IMG/VR virus record: IMGVR_UViG_3300021962_004757
Span: 1-37,636 of that record
Reading direction: 5' to 3' (one strand)
From: a virus
Lineage: Duplodnaviria; Caudoviricetes
Length of the DNA: 37,636 nt
Below, piece after piece: positions 28,677-37,171 of the stretch (position 1 is the first letter of the stretch; each line of letters starts with the position of its first letter). The notes beneath the pieces are model-generated. The model ran no database searches. It had not been told where the DNA came from and was given only the letters and a program-made list of their open reading frames with translations. The translations under genes and the position numbers were made by a program.

Positions 28677-29276
28677 TTAAATCTTATATGCTATATCATT
28701 TATGTTTCCTGCAATTACAAACCTTTTAGATTTGACAGGATTAACTTTGTGTAAAACATAAGATGGAAAGAACACTATCATGTCTTGTTTAATGTTTATT
28801 GAAGTTTCGTCTCCAGTAATTATATTTCCATCTACTAATTTAGTTTCTATCAATATTAACGGATCGTCTATAACTTCATTTAGATAATAAGAAAAACTAT
28901 ATCTACTAAACTCGCTATGATTGTGGATAGGACTAGAATCTCCTTGATCATATCCTTGGAACCATACATTGGCATCAAGATCAATGTTAGCATTTTCTTT
29001 AATTCTTTCAGGTAGTAAATTATTTCTAGGAGTTCCTATGTTATCGATAAAAAACCTAATAATTTGATTCATAAAAGAATCTAGTATTTCTGGATGGTCT
29101 TCATGAATAAACCAATCTGATTTCCAACCATTAGATTTTTGTTCTATCATTTTTTTCTTAATTCTAAGATCTTTAAAAAAATCTATAATAGTTTGATTTT
29201 CCTGAGTAGATCTATCTAAGAATCCGTATTTGATAGAAGTAGGATTAGATATAAAAATTTCTTTAACATGAGCCAT
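28677..29276 (-). CDS. Putative 2OG-Fe(II) oxygenase
   Basis: WFQGY...HNH...SFSYYL, FFPSYVLHKV and RFVIAGN. Confidence 0.78.
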   Translation of the reverse strand: MAHVKEIFISNPTSIKYGFLDRSTQENQTIIDFFKDLRIKKKMIEQKSNGWKSDWFIHEDHPEILDSFMNQIIRFFIDNIGTPRNNLLPERIKENANIDLDANVWFQGYDQGDSSPIHNHSEFSRYSFSYYLNEVIDDPLILIETKLVDGNIITGDETSINIKQDMIVFFPSYVLHKVNPVKSKRFVIAGNINDIAYKI

Positions 29277-29301
29277 ATGACTCTGTAATTATCTAGAAAT
29301 A

Positions 29302-29685
29302 CTAAAGTTGATGCTTTTTCTGATAATCAGCTATCGCTGATTTGATCGCATCTTCAGCAAGCACTGAGCAATGAATCTTGACGGGCGGAAGTGCGAGTTC
29401 CTCCGCGATATCGCTGTTTCTAATTGCGGTGGCTTCATCCAGGGTCTTCCCCTTGAGAAGTTCTGTGACGAGGCTACTACTTGCGATAGCACTACCACAA
29501 CCATAAGTCTTAAACTTAGCGTCTTCAATGCGTCCTTCATCATTCACCTTGATCTGTAATTTCATTACATCTCCACACGCAGGTGCACCAACCATACCTG
29601 TGCCCACTGATGGATCGTTCTTGTCTAACGAACCAACGTTGCGTGGATTCTCATAATGATCTAATACCTTGACTGAATATGCCAT
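29302..29685 (-). CDS. iscU: Fe-S scaffold IscU
   Basis: MAYSVKVLDHYENPRNVG, APACGD, GCGSAIAS, LPPVKIHC; start re-assigned to ATG 29685. Confidence 0.97.
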   Translation of the reverse strand: MAYSVKVLDHYENPRNVGSLDKNDPSVGTGMVGAPACGDVMKLQIKVNDEGRIEDAKFKTYGCGSAIASSSLVTELLKGKTLDEATAIRNSDIAEELALPPVKIHCSVLAEDAIKSAIADYQKKHQL

Positions 29686-29722
29686 ATAATATGTTTCCCC
29701 ATTAATATAATACTTGAGTATT

Positions 29723-29751
29723 ATTATACAGTATTTATTAACTAATATCAA
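29723..29751 (-). promoter_or_regulatory. sigma70-type promoter for iscU with an embedded TAAATA
   Basis: TTGATA, 17-nt spacer, TATAAT; TAAATA at 29737-29732 within the spacer. Confidence 0.75.
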
Positions 29752-29757
29752 GTCAAG

Positions 29758-29784
29758 AAAAAAGGTACGTTTCTCTGTACCTTT
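29758..29784 (-). terminator. Intrinsic terminator
   Basis: AAAGGTAC/GTACCTTT stem, 8-nt loop, T-run on the minus strand. Confidence 0.7.
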
Positions 29785-29806
29785 CTCCGACTTAACCTTT
29801 CTCAGA

Positions 29807-29944
29807 TTATTTTTTCTTAACTAATGCTTTCGCTTTTTTAACTACGTCGTTAGCTTTAGCTTTGACAGTCTTTGCCCATGTAGGCTCTGGGAAATGCCAG
29901 CCGATGAAAGCACCAACTAACGCCCAAAATAACGCACATAACAT
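29807..29944 (-). CDS. Small membrane-anchored basic protein (45 aa)
   Basis: MLCALFWALVGAFIGWHFPEPTWAK...; AGGAGG RBS. Confidence 0.72.
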   Translation of the reverse strand: MLCALFWALVGAFIGWHFPEPTWAKTVKAKANDVVKKAKALVKKK

Positions 29945-29948
29945 TATT

Positions 29949-30518
29949 TTATCCTCCTTGTTGTAAACGGTCATTAACCACTGACCAGTCGATAATCCTC
30001 CAAATATTTTTTAGGTATTTGGATTTATCATGTTGGTAATCAAGTGCCCAGGCGTGTTCCCACCAGTCCACTATCAACATAATCTTTAAATTCTTTTTGT
30101 ACTCGTGATTCTTGATAACTTTGATATCACCTTTTGGATCCATAAAGACCCAACCACTACCCTGTATGCTCATAGCCACACGCACGAATTCTTCTTTGAA
30201 GTTTTCGAAACTCTTCCAGCGTGTGTTGATTACTTCCGCGGCTTTGCCTTGGGGTCTATTACTGCTTGTAGGCACCCTTAGTTGCGGAAAAAATAGGTTA
30301 TGTAGGGTAGCACCACCATAGTTGAAATCGTCGTCGCCTTCTTTAGCGTTCCAACGCTTGACATATCCGCTGGCCAGTTTGCCATAATGGTAGTCTAGAG
30401 TCGCTTCACTCATGACAGGATCCAAGTCTTTCATAGCATAATCAACTTTTTCTTGTACGAGTTTTTCTCTACGGGTGTCTGCTTCTGTGATTAAATCACG
30501 ATATGTTTTAATTTCCAT
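29949..30518 (-). CDS. sod: Fe/Mn superoxide dismutase
   Basis: TLDYHYGK, LHNLFF, QGSGW and DWWEHA; the four metal ligands (H,H,D,H) are present. Confidence 0.9.
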   Translation of the reverse strand: MEIKTYRDLITEADTRREKLVQEKVDYAMKDLDPVMSEATLDYHYGKLASGYVKRWNAKEGDDDFNYGGATLHNLFFPQLRVPTSSNRPQGKAAEVINTRWKSFENFKEEFVRVAMSIQGSGWVFMDPKGDIKVIKNHEYKKNLKIMLIVDWWEHAWALDYQHDKSKYLKNIWRIIDWSVVNDRLQQGG

Positions 30519-30522
30519 ACTA

Positions 30523-30687
30523 CTATTTATCGGACTCTCTAATCAATTTGCGATACTCTGTTTCTATTTCGTTTTGTTCTTTTATTTTTAGATTAGTAAA
30601 TTCTATAGCACAGCCCGTCAATCCGAAAACGATTACGCCTACACAGAAACAGGTTAATAAGAACATTACGAAGTTATAGAATTTCAT
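30523..30687 (-). CDS. Small putative lipoprotein (54 aa)
   Basis: MKFYNFVMFLLTCFCVGVIVFGLTGC...; ATGA overlap with uvsE. Confidence 0.6.
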   Translation of the reverse strand: MKFYNFVMFLLTCFCVGVIVFGLTGCAIEFTNLKIKEQNEIETEYRKLIRESDK

Positions 30688-31712
30688 TCTGCCCACTCCT
30701 TGGCTTGTTCTAAAAGTTTCATGCTGGCTAGATTCTTAGCCTTGCTCTCACACATGATGTCAGCATAGTTAAGGAAACTTAATGCCCATCTATTAATCTT
30801 GTTGTTCCAATAGAAGTCACTGTGCGCTCTAAGTTTAGATTTCTTGTAACCTTGATCCAAGAGTTGGAAAAAGTTAGGTGCTGTGTCTGGATCGTGATCC
30901 ACTAGATAGTCTTCTCTAGAAACAGAATAGTGTATCACAGGACGTCTAGCACCTCGCCAAGATTCTATGACTCCTTTGAATCTATCATCGCTAGGCATAA
31001 TGTATTCGCCTGTGTGTACCCAATGGTGATGGATATCTAATACCAATGCGCAATCGTCTTTAAGCTCGAGGCTGTCTTCTATGCCCCAAGTCATCTCATC
31101 GTTCTCTATGGTTATGATATTGCGTGCTTCTGGTGACATACGTTTGAGAGCATCCTTGATGCCTTGAGGACCTCTGCGTCCTGCGATATGTACATTACAT
31201 TTAAAGTCTTGGAAGGTTTTACCATAGCCCATCCAACGAGCCATGTCAGTGTGATACTCGAATTCTTCTATGCTACGTTCGACTATGTCATCGTTATCGC
31301 TAGCAAGCACAGTGAACTGACCAGGATGAAAGCTGAGACGAACATCCAGCGACCTAGCAAGATCACCCACCTTGGCAAACTCTCTTTCGCAAAAATCTCT
31401 AACTGCGGACTGCCGCCAAAACCACTTCCAATCAGACTGAGTGTATACAGGCAGTATGTCACTGCTAAGTCTAACCATTCTAAGATTTTTTTCAAGATTC
31501 CCTACCCTCTCAACGAGCTTGTAACAGGCCCGTATGTTATTTTCCATTAGTGACCACAGTTTATGCTCAGCATCATTCTTATGTTCATTGAGCCACCTAA
31601 CTGTGGTGCTACCTGTATTTAACTCCTTGCAGGCATCCTTGGGTTTTATTGATTTTATTTGATCTGGTCCGTCGATCCATTTGCAGGCGAAACCTATGCG
31701 TTTTGTAGTCAT
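30684..31712 (-). CDS. uvsE: UV damage endonuclease (UvsE/UvdE)
   Basis: IGFAC, RLSSD, RLSFHPGQF, IENDE, LDIHHH, AHSD and ESKAK motifs. Confidence 0.93.
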   Translation of the reverse strand: MTTKRIGFACKWIDGPDQIKSIKPKDACKELNTGSTTVRWLNEHKNDAEHKLWSLMENNIRACYKLVERVGNLEKNLRMVRLSSDILPVYTQSDWKWFWRQSAVRDFCEREFAKVGDLARSLDVRLSFHPGQFTVLASDNDDIVERSIEEFEYHTDMARWMGYGKTFQDFKCNVHIAGRRGPQGIKDALKRMSPEARNIITIENDEMTWGIEDSLELKDDCALVLDIHHHWVHTGEYIMPSDDRFKGVIESWRGARRPVIHYSVSREDYLVDHDPDTAPNFFQLLDQGYKKSKLRAHSDFYWNNKINRWALSFLNYADIMCESKAKNLASMKLLEQAKEWAE

Positions 31713-31718
31713 ATTACG

Positions 31719-31747
31719 ATTATACTATCTCTATCGCCAATTGTCAA
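31719..31747 (-). promoter_or_regulatory. Consensus sigma70 promoter for uvsE, probably leaderless
   Basis: TTGACA (31747-31742), 17-nt spacer, TATAAT (31724-31719), 6 nt, ATG 31712. Confidence 0.88.
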
Positions 31748-32534
31748 CTACAAATTTATCTTGTACTTCTGCTGGATTAGGATTACCGTGGAATACCGCA
31801 ACACAGCATTCTAATGGAGGGACCACATCGTTTCTAACTTCTCTAAATTGTCGGACACCATTTTTCATGTGTAATTCTTCTCTAGATCGTATTTCCCATT
31901 TATAACTCTGTATCCATTCTATAGGCCAAAATTTTATAATATGATTCGATGTTTTCCATATCCAGTCCTGATCTCCTTGTAATCGCATAGCACCTCCTGG
32001 ATCTTGAATAAATTGATCCCAAATATGTGTTTGTGTTCCGGCGTTCCAAGATAATACTGAACTGTTTAGATATTTCCATGACTGATGAAATTTACGATTA
32101 AAATCTAATATTCCTACAAATTGATTAGTTTGATATGATAATAGTTTATCTATATTATCGTGAATAACAACATCCAAATCCATATATAATATTCTACCCT
32201 GTAAAGGCAAGGTAGGATCGAACATATGAACTTTATGCCACCATCCTTTTGCGTAACTATGATTAGGTCTTACAATACTGCGAACGCCTTCAATAGGATG
32301 TTGATCATCGGTTAAACACACAAATTCATAAGGTAATGTTGTATGTTTCGCAACCATATTTCTTAATTTTTCTACATATTCTTTTCCGTACTTATTACCA
32401 AATCTAACACATAAGATATTGGTTTTTTCTCCATTATTATTTTTTAAGAATTTAGATTGTTCTTTTCTTGCTTTATTTTTTGCCTTAAGTGCTTTTCGTT
32501 CGGCTTTAGTTAGATTTTCTTTTGACTGTTCCAT
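31731..32534 (-). CDS. GT-A fold glycosyltransferase
   Basis: [17 protein letters not shown] (DxD), NSSV, GDQDWI and VFHGNPNP. Confidence 0.8.
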   Translation of the reverse strand: MEQSKENLTKAERKALKAKNKARKEQSKFLKNNNGEKTNILCVRFGNKYGKEYVEKLRNMVAKHTTLPYEFVCLTDDQHPIEGVRSIVRPNHSYAKGWWHKVHMFDPTLPLQGRILYMDLDVVIHDNIDKLLSYQTNQFVGILDFNRKFHQSWKYLNSSVLSWNAGTQTHIWDQFIQDPGGAMRLQGDQDWIWKTSNHIIKFWPIEWIQSYKWEIRSREELHMKNGVRQFREVRNDVVPPLECCVAVFHGNPNPAEVQDKFVVDNWR

Positions 32535-33312
32535 ATATCTCTTTTAAGTCTTCTAATATATCTTTCAATGTATCTAATCTAACCATGTTAGGACCATCGC
32601 TGGGTGCGTTGTCTGGATCTTGGTGTACTTCTAAAAATACACCAGACACACTGCCTGTGGCTACAGCGGCACGTGCTAGATATGGAACCATGGTCCTATC
32701 TCCACCTGTGCTGTTTCCTAAACCTCCTGGTTGCTGTACAGAATGTGTAGCATCAAATACCACAGGGTATCCAGTCTCAGCCATAGTAGGAAGGCTACGC
32801 ATATCTACCACTAGATTGTTATATCCAAAAGTAGTGCCACGCTCTGTTAATAATATCTTATCGTTGCCAGTGGATGCTATCTTTTCTGCTACCTTGGCCA
32901 TATCCCAAGGTGCTAGGAACTGTCCTTTTTTGACATTAACCGTGCATCCTGATTCGCCCGCGGCTATTAATAAATCAGTCTGGCGACAAAGAAACGCTGG
33001 AATCTGCAAAACATCTATGCCAGCATCTTTGCAAGGCATGATATGTTCTTTCTCGTGGATATCAGTTAATACTGGAACACCAAAAGTATTCTTGATATGG
33101 TTTAATATTTCAAGACCTCGATCGATACCAACACCACGCTTGCCTGTTAGGCTAGTACGATTGGCTTTGTCATAGGAACTTTTGTAGATGAATTGTATTC
33201 CTAGTTTGTTGGTAATCTCTTTTATAGCGCCTGCGAGATATTCAGCGTGTTCTTGGCTTTCTATCTGGCAAGGTCCTGCTATGATAAAGAAATCGTTGGT
33301 ATTAATCATCAT
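32506..33312 (-). CDS. kdsA: KDO 8-phosphate synthase
   Basis: [41 protein letters not shown] and SDGP. Confidence 0.97.
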   Translation of the reverse strand: MMINTNDFFIIAGPCQIESQEHAEYLAGAIKEITNKLGIQFIYKSSYDKANRTSLTGKRGVGIDRGLEILNHIKNTFGVPVLTDIHEKEHIMPCKDAGIDVLQIPAFLCRQTDLLIAAGESGCTVNVKKGQFLAPWDMAKVAEKIASTGNDKILLTERGTTFGYNNLVVDMRSLPTMAETGYPVVFDATHSVQQPGGLGNSTGGDRTMVPYLARAAVATGSVSGVFLEVHQDPDNAPSDGPNMVRLDTLKDILEDLKEIYGTVKRKSN

Positions 33313-33481
33313 CCTTTTCTTTTGGAAATAAATGGCTGGTCATTTCTACATCATCAACATCAGCTAGTTCACGGATCTTATCTAGATCTAACTGATCCTC
33401 GTTTTTCATGAATGACACTATGATAGAAAACACCACTATCATCAATAGTATTAATATTCCAAATATTTCAGCTAGTCCCAT
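33302..33481 (-). CDS. Small single-TM protein (59 aa)
   Basis: Manual translation [29 protein letters not shown]...; fills the queD-kdsA gap. Confidence 0.65.
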   Translation of the reverse strand: MGLAEIFGILILLMIVVFSIIVSFMKNEDQLDLDKIRELADVDDVEMTSHLFPKEKDDD

Positions 33482-33484
33482 TTG

Positions 33485-33934
33485 TTATCCCTCGTATATC
33501 GCTGAGTTAGCACCATGCTCTGCACATTCTACTGAATGCACCCAACAGCGATTGTTTGATTGTTCTCTGATTAGTTTGTCTGCAAATTTAAATGCGTGTT
33601 CAGCAAACTTTTCTGCACCAACGCCATCCATGACTACGATCTCTGCTAGATCCATTTCTTGGAGTTCCATGAACTTATCTAAGTAGGGATCATTTTTGTC
33701 AATGGCAGTTTTGTGATCAAAATGATCTTCTAACCATTTTCTAATCTGTTTGAGTCCACCAAAGTCCACAGCCCAGTTCTTGTTGTCCAAATGATCACAA
33801 GCGAATGTAAATTTAAACTGTAAGCTGTAGCCATGCAATAAATGGCAATGTGAATGATCAGCATTAGGTTGTCTAAAGCATGCCGACAGCCCGATGTTAT
33901 GTCCATAAGTTTTTGTAGAATAATATTTTGCCAT
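33485..33934 (-). CDS. queD: 6-carboxytetrahydropterin synthase (QueD/PTPS family)
   Basis: CHLLHGY, VDFGGLK, FDHK, AEKFA; AGGAG RBS before ATG 33934. Confidence 0.85.
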   Translation of the reverse strand: MAKYYSTKTYGHNIGLSACFRQPNADHSHCHLLHGYSLQFKFTFACDHLDNKNWAVDFGGLKQIRKWLEDHFDHKTAIDKNDPYLDKFMELQEMDLAEIVVMDGVGAEKFAEHAFKFADKLIREQSNNRCWVHSVECAEHGANSAIYEG

Positions 33935-33965
33935 CTCTAGTCTCCTGTTTAGTAGCAAGTTTGAT

Positions 33966-34009
33966 GACACGCAGAGTATTTAGAGTGGGATGAATGTCTT
34001 AAGTCCACT
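33966..34009 (-). ncRNA. Candidate preQ1-I-like riboswitch (H-type pseudoknot) in the queD leader
   Basis: P1 AGUGG/CCACU, 16-nt loop ending CAUC, A-rich linker, P2 GACAU/GUGUC; begins at the predicted TSS. Confidence 0.5.
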
Positions 34010-34015
34010 TTAGTT

Positions 34016-34044
34016 ATTATATAACCAAGCGTATTTAACGTCAA
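34016..34044 (-). promoter_or_regulatory. sigma70 promoter for queD
   Basis: TTGACG, 17-nt spacer, TATAAT; TAAATA within the spacer (34037-34032). Confidence 0.82.
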
Positions 34045-34658
34045 TCCTTGTAGGTAGAAATATTTTCAAAATGGACATTATTTTTTGATTTCCATATGCT
34101 TGGCATCGTCCAGTCTAAATCATTTAAAATTGTAAAATTAGATTCAGGAAAATAACGAAAAACTTTTTCTATTTGATATACCCAGAAACTATAATCCACA
34201 CCATTAGAATCTTCTTTGGAATAATTATCAGTTCCTTTATAAATGTTATTGACTTTGTTTTTTAAGGTCGGATATAGATCAAATCCTAATAGTTTAATAT
34301 CTTTAAATCCTAATGTAGCCGCTACTAATACTGCATAACATCCACTGCCCCAATGTAATGGTTGATCTTGTTTTCTTTCTCCAGTGTAGGGAAGATTCGG
34401 TAATGTTTTAGTATTTTTGTGTTTTCTTATTTTAAAATAATATCTCCACCAATCGTCTCGAACATAGATAACGGTATCTTTATTATCTGGATTTTCAGTA
34501 GCTTCTTCAGCCATTCTTCGATCACAACATATTAAATGATCCGCTATGAAATTACGATGAAGAGCATTACATCCTATAATGGTATAATCTGGTTGAAAGT
34601 TTTTTAGGTTAATGCCCTGACGACTCTCACCGTTTCCGATGACTAGTGCCTGATACAC
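34041..34658 (-). CDS. Rossmann-like transferase (Maf/MptE/Cst-like), function uncertain
   Basis: ALVIGNGES, IIGCNA, GSG..A...A...GFKDIKLLGFD; GTG start. Confidence 0.6.
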   Translation of the reverse strand: MYQALVIGNGESRQGINLKNFQPDYTIIGCNALHRNFIADHLICCDRRMAEEATENPDNKDTVIYVRDDWWRYYFKIRKHKNTKTLPNLPYTGERKQDQPLHWGSGCYAVLVAATLGFKDIKLLGFDLYPTLKNKVNNIYKGTDNYSKEDSNGVDYSFWVYQIEKVFRYFPESNFTILNDLDWTMPSIWKSKNNVHFENISTYKD

Positions 34659-35738
34659 TTATGATATGATACCGAACGGTCTCCAAATCCCAGGAGCACC
34701 ATCTCTGGTACATACCCAACCTATGGGATTTCCTTCACTTGGTTTAGAGTTCCACACGATATCTCCTTTGTTAAATGCTCCGCCTTGTGGTGGTTCATCT
34801 CCACTTAGATGCAATTTATCGTTAAATCTAATAGCACCATTAACGTGTAAATCAACTCTATTATCTGGATTAGAAACGTTTATTCCTACGTTACCGTGAA
34901 TTGTTGTTTTAGATTGAACAGAACCTATTTCAATATTTCCGTTTCCTGAAATACTAATCCTAGTAGTGTCACCAGTGACGATATCAAATGCAACATTCTG
35001 ATGAGTACCAACAAATCCTTTTGATTCATCTTTGGTACCTAAAGACACTTCGATCATATCTTCAGCAACTGTTAATGCCGCTTTAGGTTCTTCTGTACCT
35101 AGACCGATCCTATCTGAGTCTGCATTATAAAATAAGTAACTATTAATATTAACATGTCCATCAACAGCTAACCCTTTTAATCTGCCTAATTCTCTAATGT
35201 TACTTTTTGTTACACTAGGACCTAATTCAGTTTCATCTAAAACTTTATTTCCATTAATGGCATAGTATTTTTTATCGTGAACATCTATAGATTCACTTGA
35301 GAAAAGTGTTCCTCGATCAGTAAGAATAAATTGTTTGGTATTACCTTGACCTTTCCAGATAAGTCCTTTTGAATGTCCATCAAATTCTATCGATGTCTTT
35401 TTATCAAATTGTATATTTGCATTGAGATGCTTGACTTCTAAGGTGTCTGCTTTGATAGTTCCTTCAACGTTTAAATCGTTCGAAACTATTCCAACTTTTA
35501 GTCTATCAACTTCAACTCCAGATTCGCTGAGAGTTAATTGAGTCTTTTTAGCATTGTCTTGTATACCAGCACTAGAAAAATTAAGTATTTTTCCACCATT
35601 AATTTTATCTCCGCTGATAGCTCTATCAGGAAGATTAGTGATTAACTCTAAAGGATTGGTTTCAGTATTGCCAGAGTTCTGGCTTTCTAATGCATCTGCA
35701 AGTTGCGCTAAGGCTTGATCGAGGTGTTTTCTATTCAT
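34659..35738 (-). CDS. Fibre/spike-like virion protein
   Basis: RIGLGTEEP, GNVGINVSNP..LHVNG and C-terminal KGDIVWNSKP..GWVC..G.PG.W..FG; TAAATA 7 nt before the ATG. Confidence 0.65.
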   Translation of the reverse strand: MNRKHLDQALAQLADALESQNSGNTETNPLELITNLPDRAISGDKINGGKILNFSSAGIQDNAKKTQLTLSESGVEVDRLKVGIVSNDLNVEGTIKADTLEVKHLNANIQFDKKTSIEFDGHSKGLIWKGQGNTKQFILTDRGTLFSSESIDVHDKKYYAINGNKVLDETELGPSVTKSNIRELGRLKGLAVDGHVNINSYLFYNADSDRIGLGTEEPKAALTVAEDMIEVSLGTKDESKGFVGTHQNVAFDIVTGDTTRISISGNGNIEIGSVQSKTTIHGNVGINVSNPDNRVDLHVNGAIRFNDKLHLSGDEPPQGGAFNKGDIVWNSKPSEGNPIGWVCTRDGAPGIWRPFGIIS

Positions 35739-35761
35739 GATACTTTATTTATCATGAACGG

Positions 35762-36928
35762 TTATTGTACTTTAAGTAGTACTGTCTCCTCGTTGATGCG
35801 TCCGTTGAGCTTGATTTCAGTGGTTTTGATGTCATCTAAGAACTTACGTAACTGTACTTTGCCAGCTTTTTTAAACTCTGCTAACTGTTCTACAGGCTTG
35901 CGTAAAGTTTTTTGTACGCTTAGATTTTCATCGAAGAACTGTATGCTGGTGCCTTTTATGGATAATTCACCGTGTTCTATAGCAACATATTTGCCTAGTT
36001 TGCGTGTTTTAGAATTATAGACCCAAAGCTCTTCTGCTCCTATGATATCTACAGGATTGATTGACACTGTTTTCGTGACCTCATCAGCGGCTTTGAACTT
36101 GAGTTTCTTAGCTAGTTTCTCTGGTTCCGCTTTTCTGATTCTAGGTTTGCGTGCTACTTTGCTTTCCTGCTGTATCATATCACAGGCACCTATGATGTCG
36201 TGCAAGAACGTATTAAGTTTCTTTAGATTAGATTTGCTTAAATGACTGTAACCTTCTATGATTTGTTCATCACTGCCTTCTAATGCTTCTAGAGTTTCTT
36301 CATAATCTTTGATATAAAAATCTCTAATGATTCTAGCGTGTGCGGCCTTGACTTCTTTAGCACGGAATAGATTTAACACCTTGATGCTTTTAGGGTCGAA
36401 CTTGTCAGGATCAGTATTGAAATCAAATAGTGCATCTTCGATCTCAGTGGTCATCCCCAATGCTACTTCACGTAATCTTTCCTGTATGCTAGGTTGTGGA
36501 GCGGCATCCTTTTTCTTTTCTATCTCATCGCCTTCTTCTGCATCGTCTTTAGACTCTTCGATGACTTGTTTGAGTGCATTAATGACATAGTCGGCGGCAT
36601 TTCTACCTTGATTGAAATCTTCACGTACAGCTGGCATGCCTCTGGTTAGGTTAGCGATAACAGCGGCTATAGAAATGTTGGTTCTCCAATCTTTGCCTCG
36701 CTTATAGAGAGCTATTTCTTCTTTGGAGAAACCGTTTTCCTGCATCCATTTGATGATTTTAGGTTTTAGTTCTTTGACAGAGCTTTCCAAACGGAAGTGA
36801 TCCATGCTACGCCACCAGTTCCGCCTGTACTGTTCTGCTGTCCAGGTTTCATGTCCGTCCCATTTCACAGAACTTACAGTACCTGTACTGACATTTATTA
36901 ATCGTTTCGCTTTTTTCTTAGACGCCAT
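35762..36928 (-). CDS. Hypothetical phage protein (about 388 aa)
   Basis: Long ORF; GGAG RBS before ATG 36928; has its own sigma70 promoter. Confidence 0.75.
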   Translation of the reverse strand: MASKKKAKRLINVSTGTVSSVKWDGHETWTAEQYRRNWWRSMDHFRLESSVKELKPKIIKWMQENGFSKEEIALYKRGKDWRTNISIAAVIANLTRGMPAVREDFNQGRNAADYVINALKQVIEESKDDAEEGDEIEKKKDAAPQPSIQERLREVALGMTTEIEDALFDFNTDPDKFDPKSIKVLNLFRAKEVKAAHARIIRDFYIKDYEETLEALEGSDEQIIEGYSHLSKSNLKKLNTFLHDIIGACDMIQQESKVARKPRIRKAEPEKLAKKLKFKAADEVTKTVSINPVDIIGAEELWVYNSKTRKLGKYVAIEHGELSIKGTSIQFFDENLSVQKTLRKPVEQLAEFKKAGKVQLRKFLDDIKTTEIKLNGRINEETVLLKVQ

Positions 36929-36957
36929 CGTCACTCCAAAGTTCATTAATGTCTGTT

Positions 36958-36986
36958 ATTATATCTCCGCTCTAAGAAAAGAGCAA
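36958..36986 (-). promoter_or_regulatory. sigma70-type promoter
   Basis: TTGCTC, 17-nt spacer, TATAAT. Confidence 0.7.
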
Positions 36987-37009
36987 GCAAAATTGGTAAA
37001 ATTGACTAA

Positions 37010-37162
37010 TTATTCTCCGTCAATGTAAAAAATCAGTGCTACTATACCAGCAACTAATCCTGTAGAAAGTAATGCGTGTAATGTTCCTGCAGTTAAACCA
37101 AACACCTGGCTACCAATCGACAACAACAGAACGCTTAACCATGCTAAAATTTTACTTTTCAT
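37010..37162 (-). CDS. Small membrane protein (50 aa)
   Basis: MKSKILAWLSVLLLSIGSQVFGL...; AAGGAG RBS. Confidence 0.7.
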   Translation of the reverse strand: MKSKILAWLSVLLLSIGSQVFGLTAGTLHALLSTGLVAGIVALIFYIDGE

Positions 37163-37171
37163 TTAGTCTCC

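Noticed and set aside
29686-29751. N-terminal extension of IscU in the ORF track
   Set aside because: The extension spans the promoter; the conserved start is MAYS at 29685
33935-33970. N-terminal extension of QueD from GTG 33970
   Set aside because: No SD there, whereas AGGAG precedes ATG 33934
599-37028. Numerous plus-strand ORFs in the track (e.g. 599..1090, 2562..3260, 19599..20291, 32522..33175)
   Set aside because: They are antisense shadows of well-supported minus-strand genes, with no RBS or recognisable motifs
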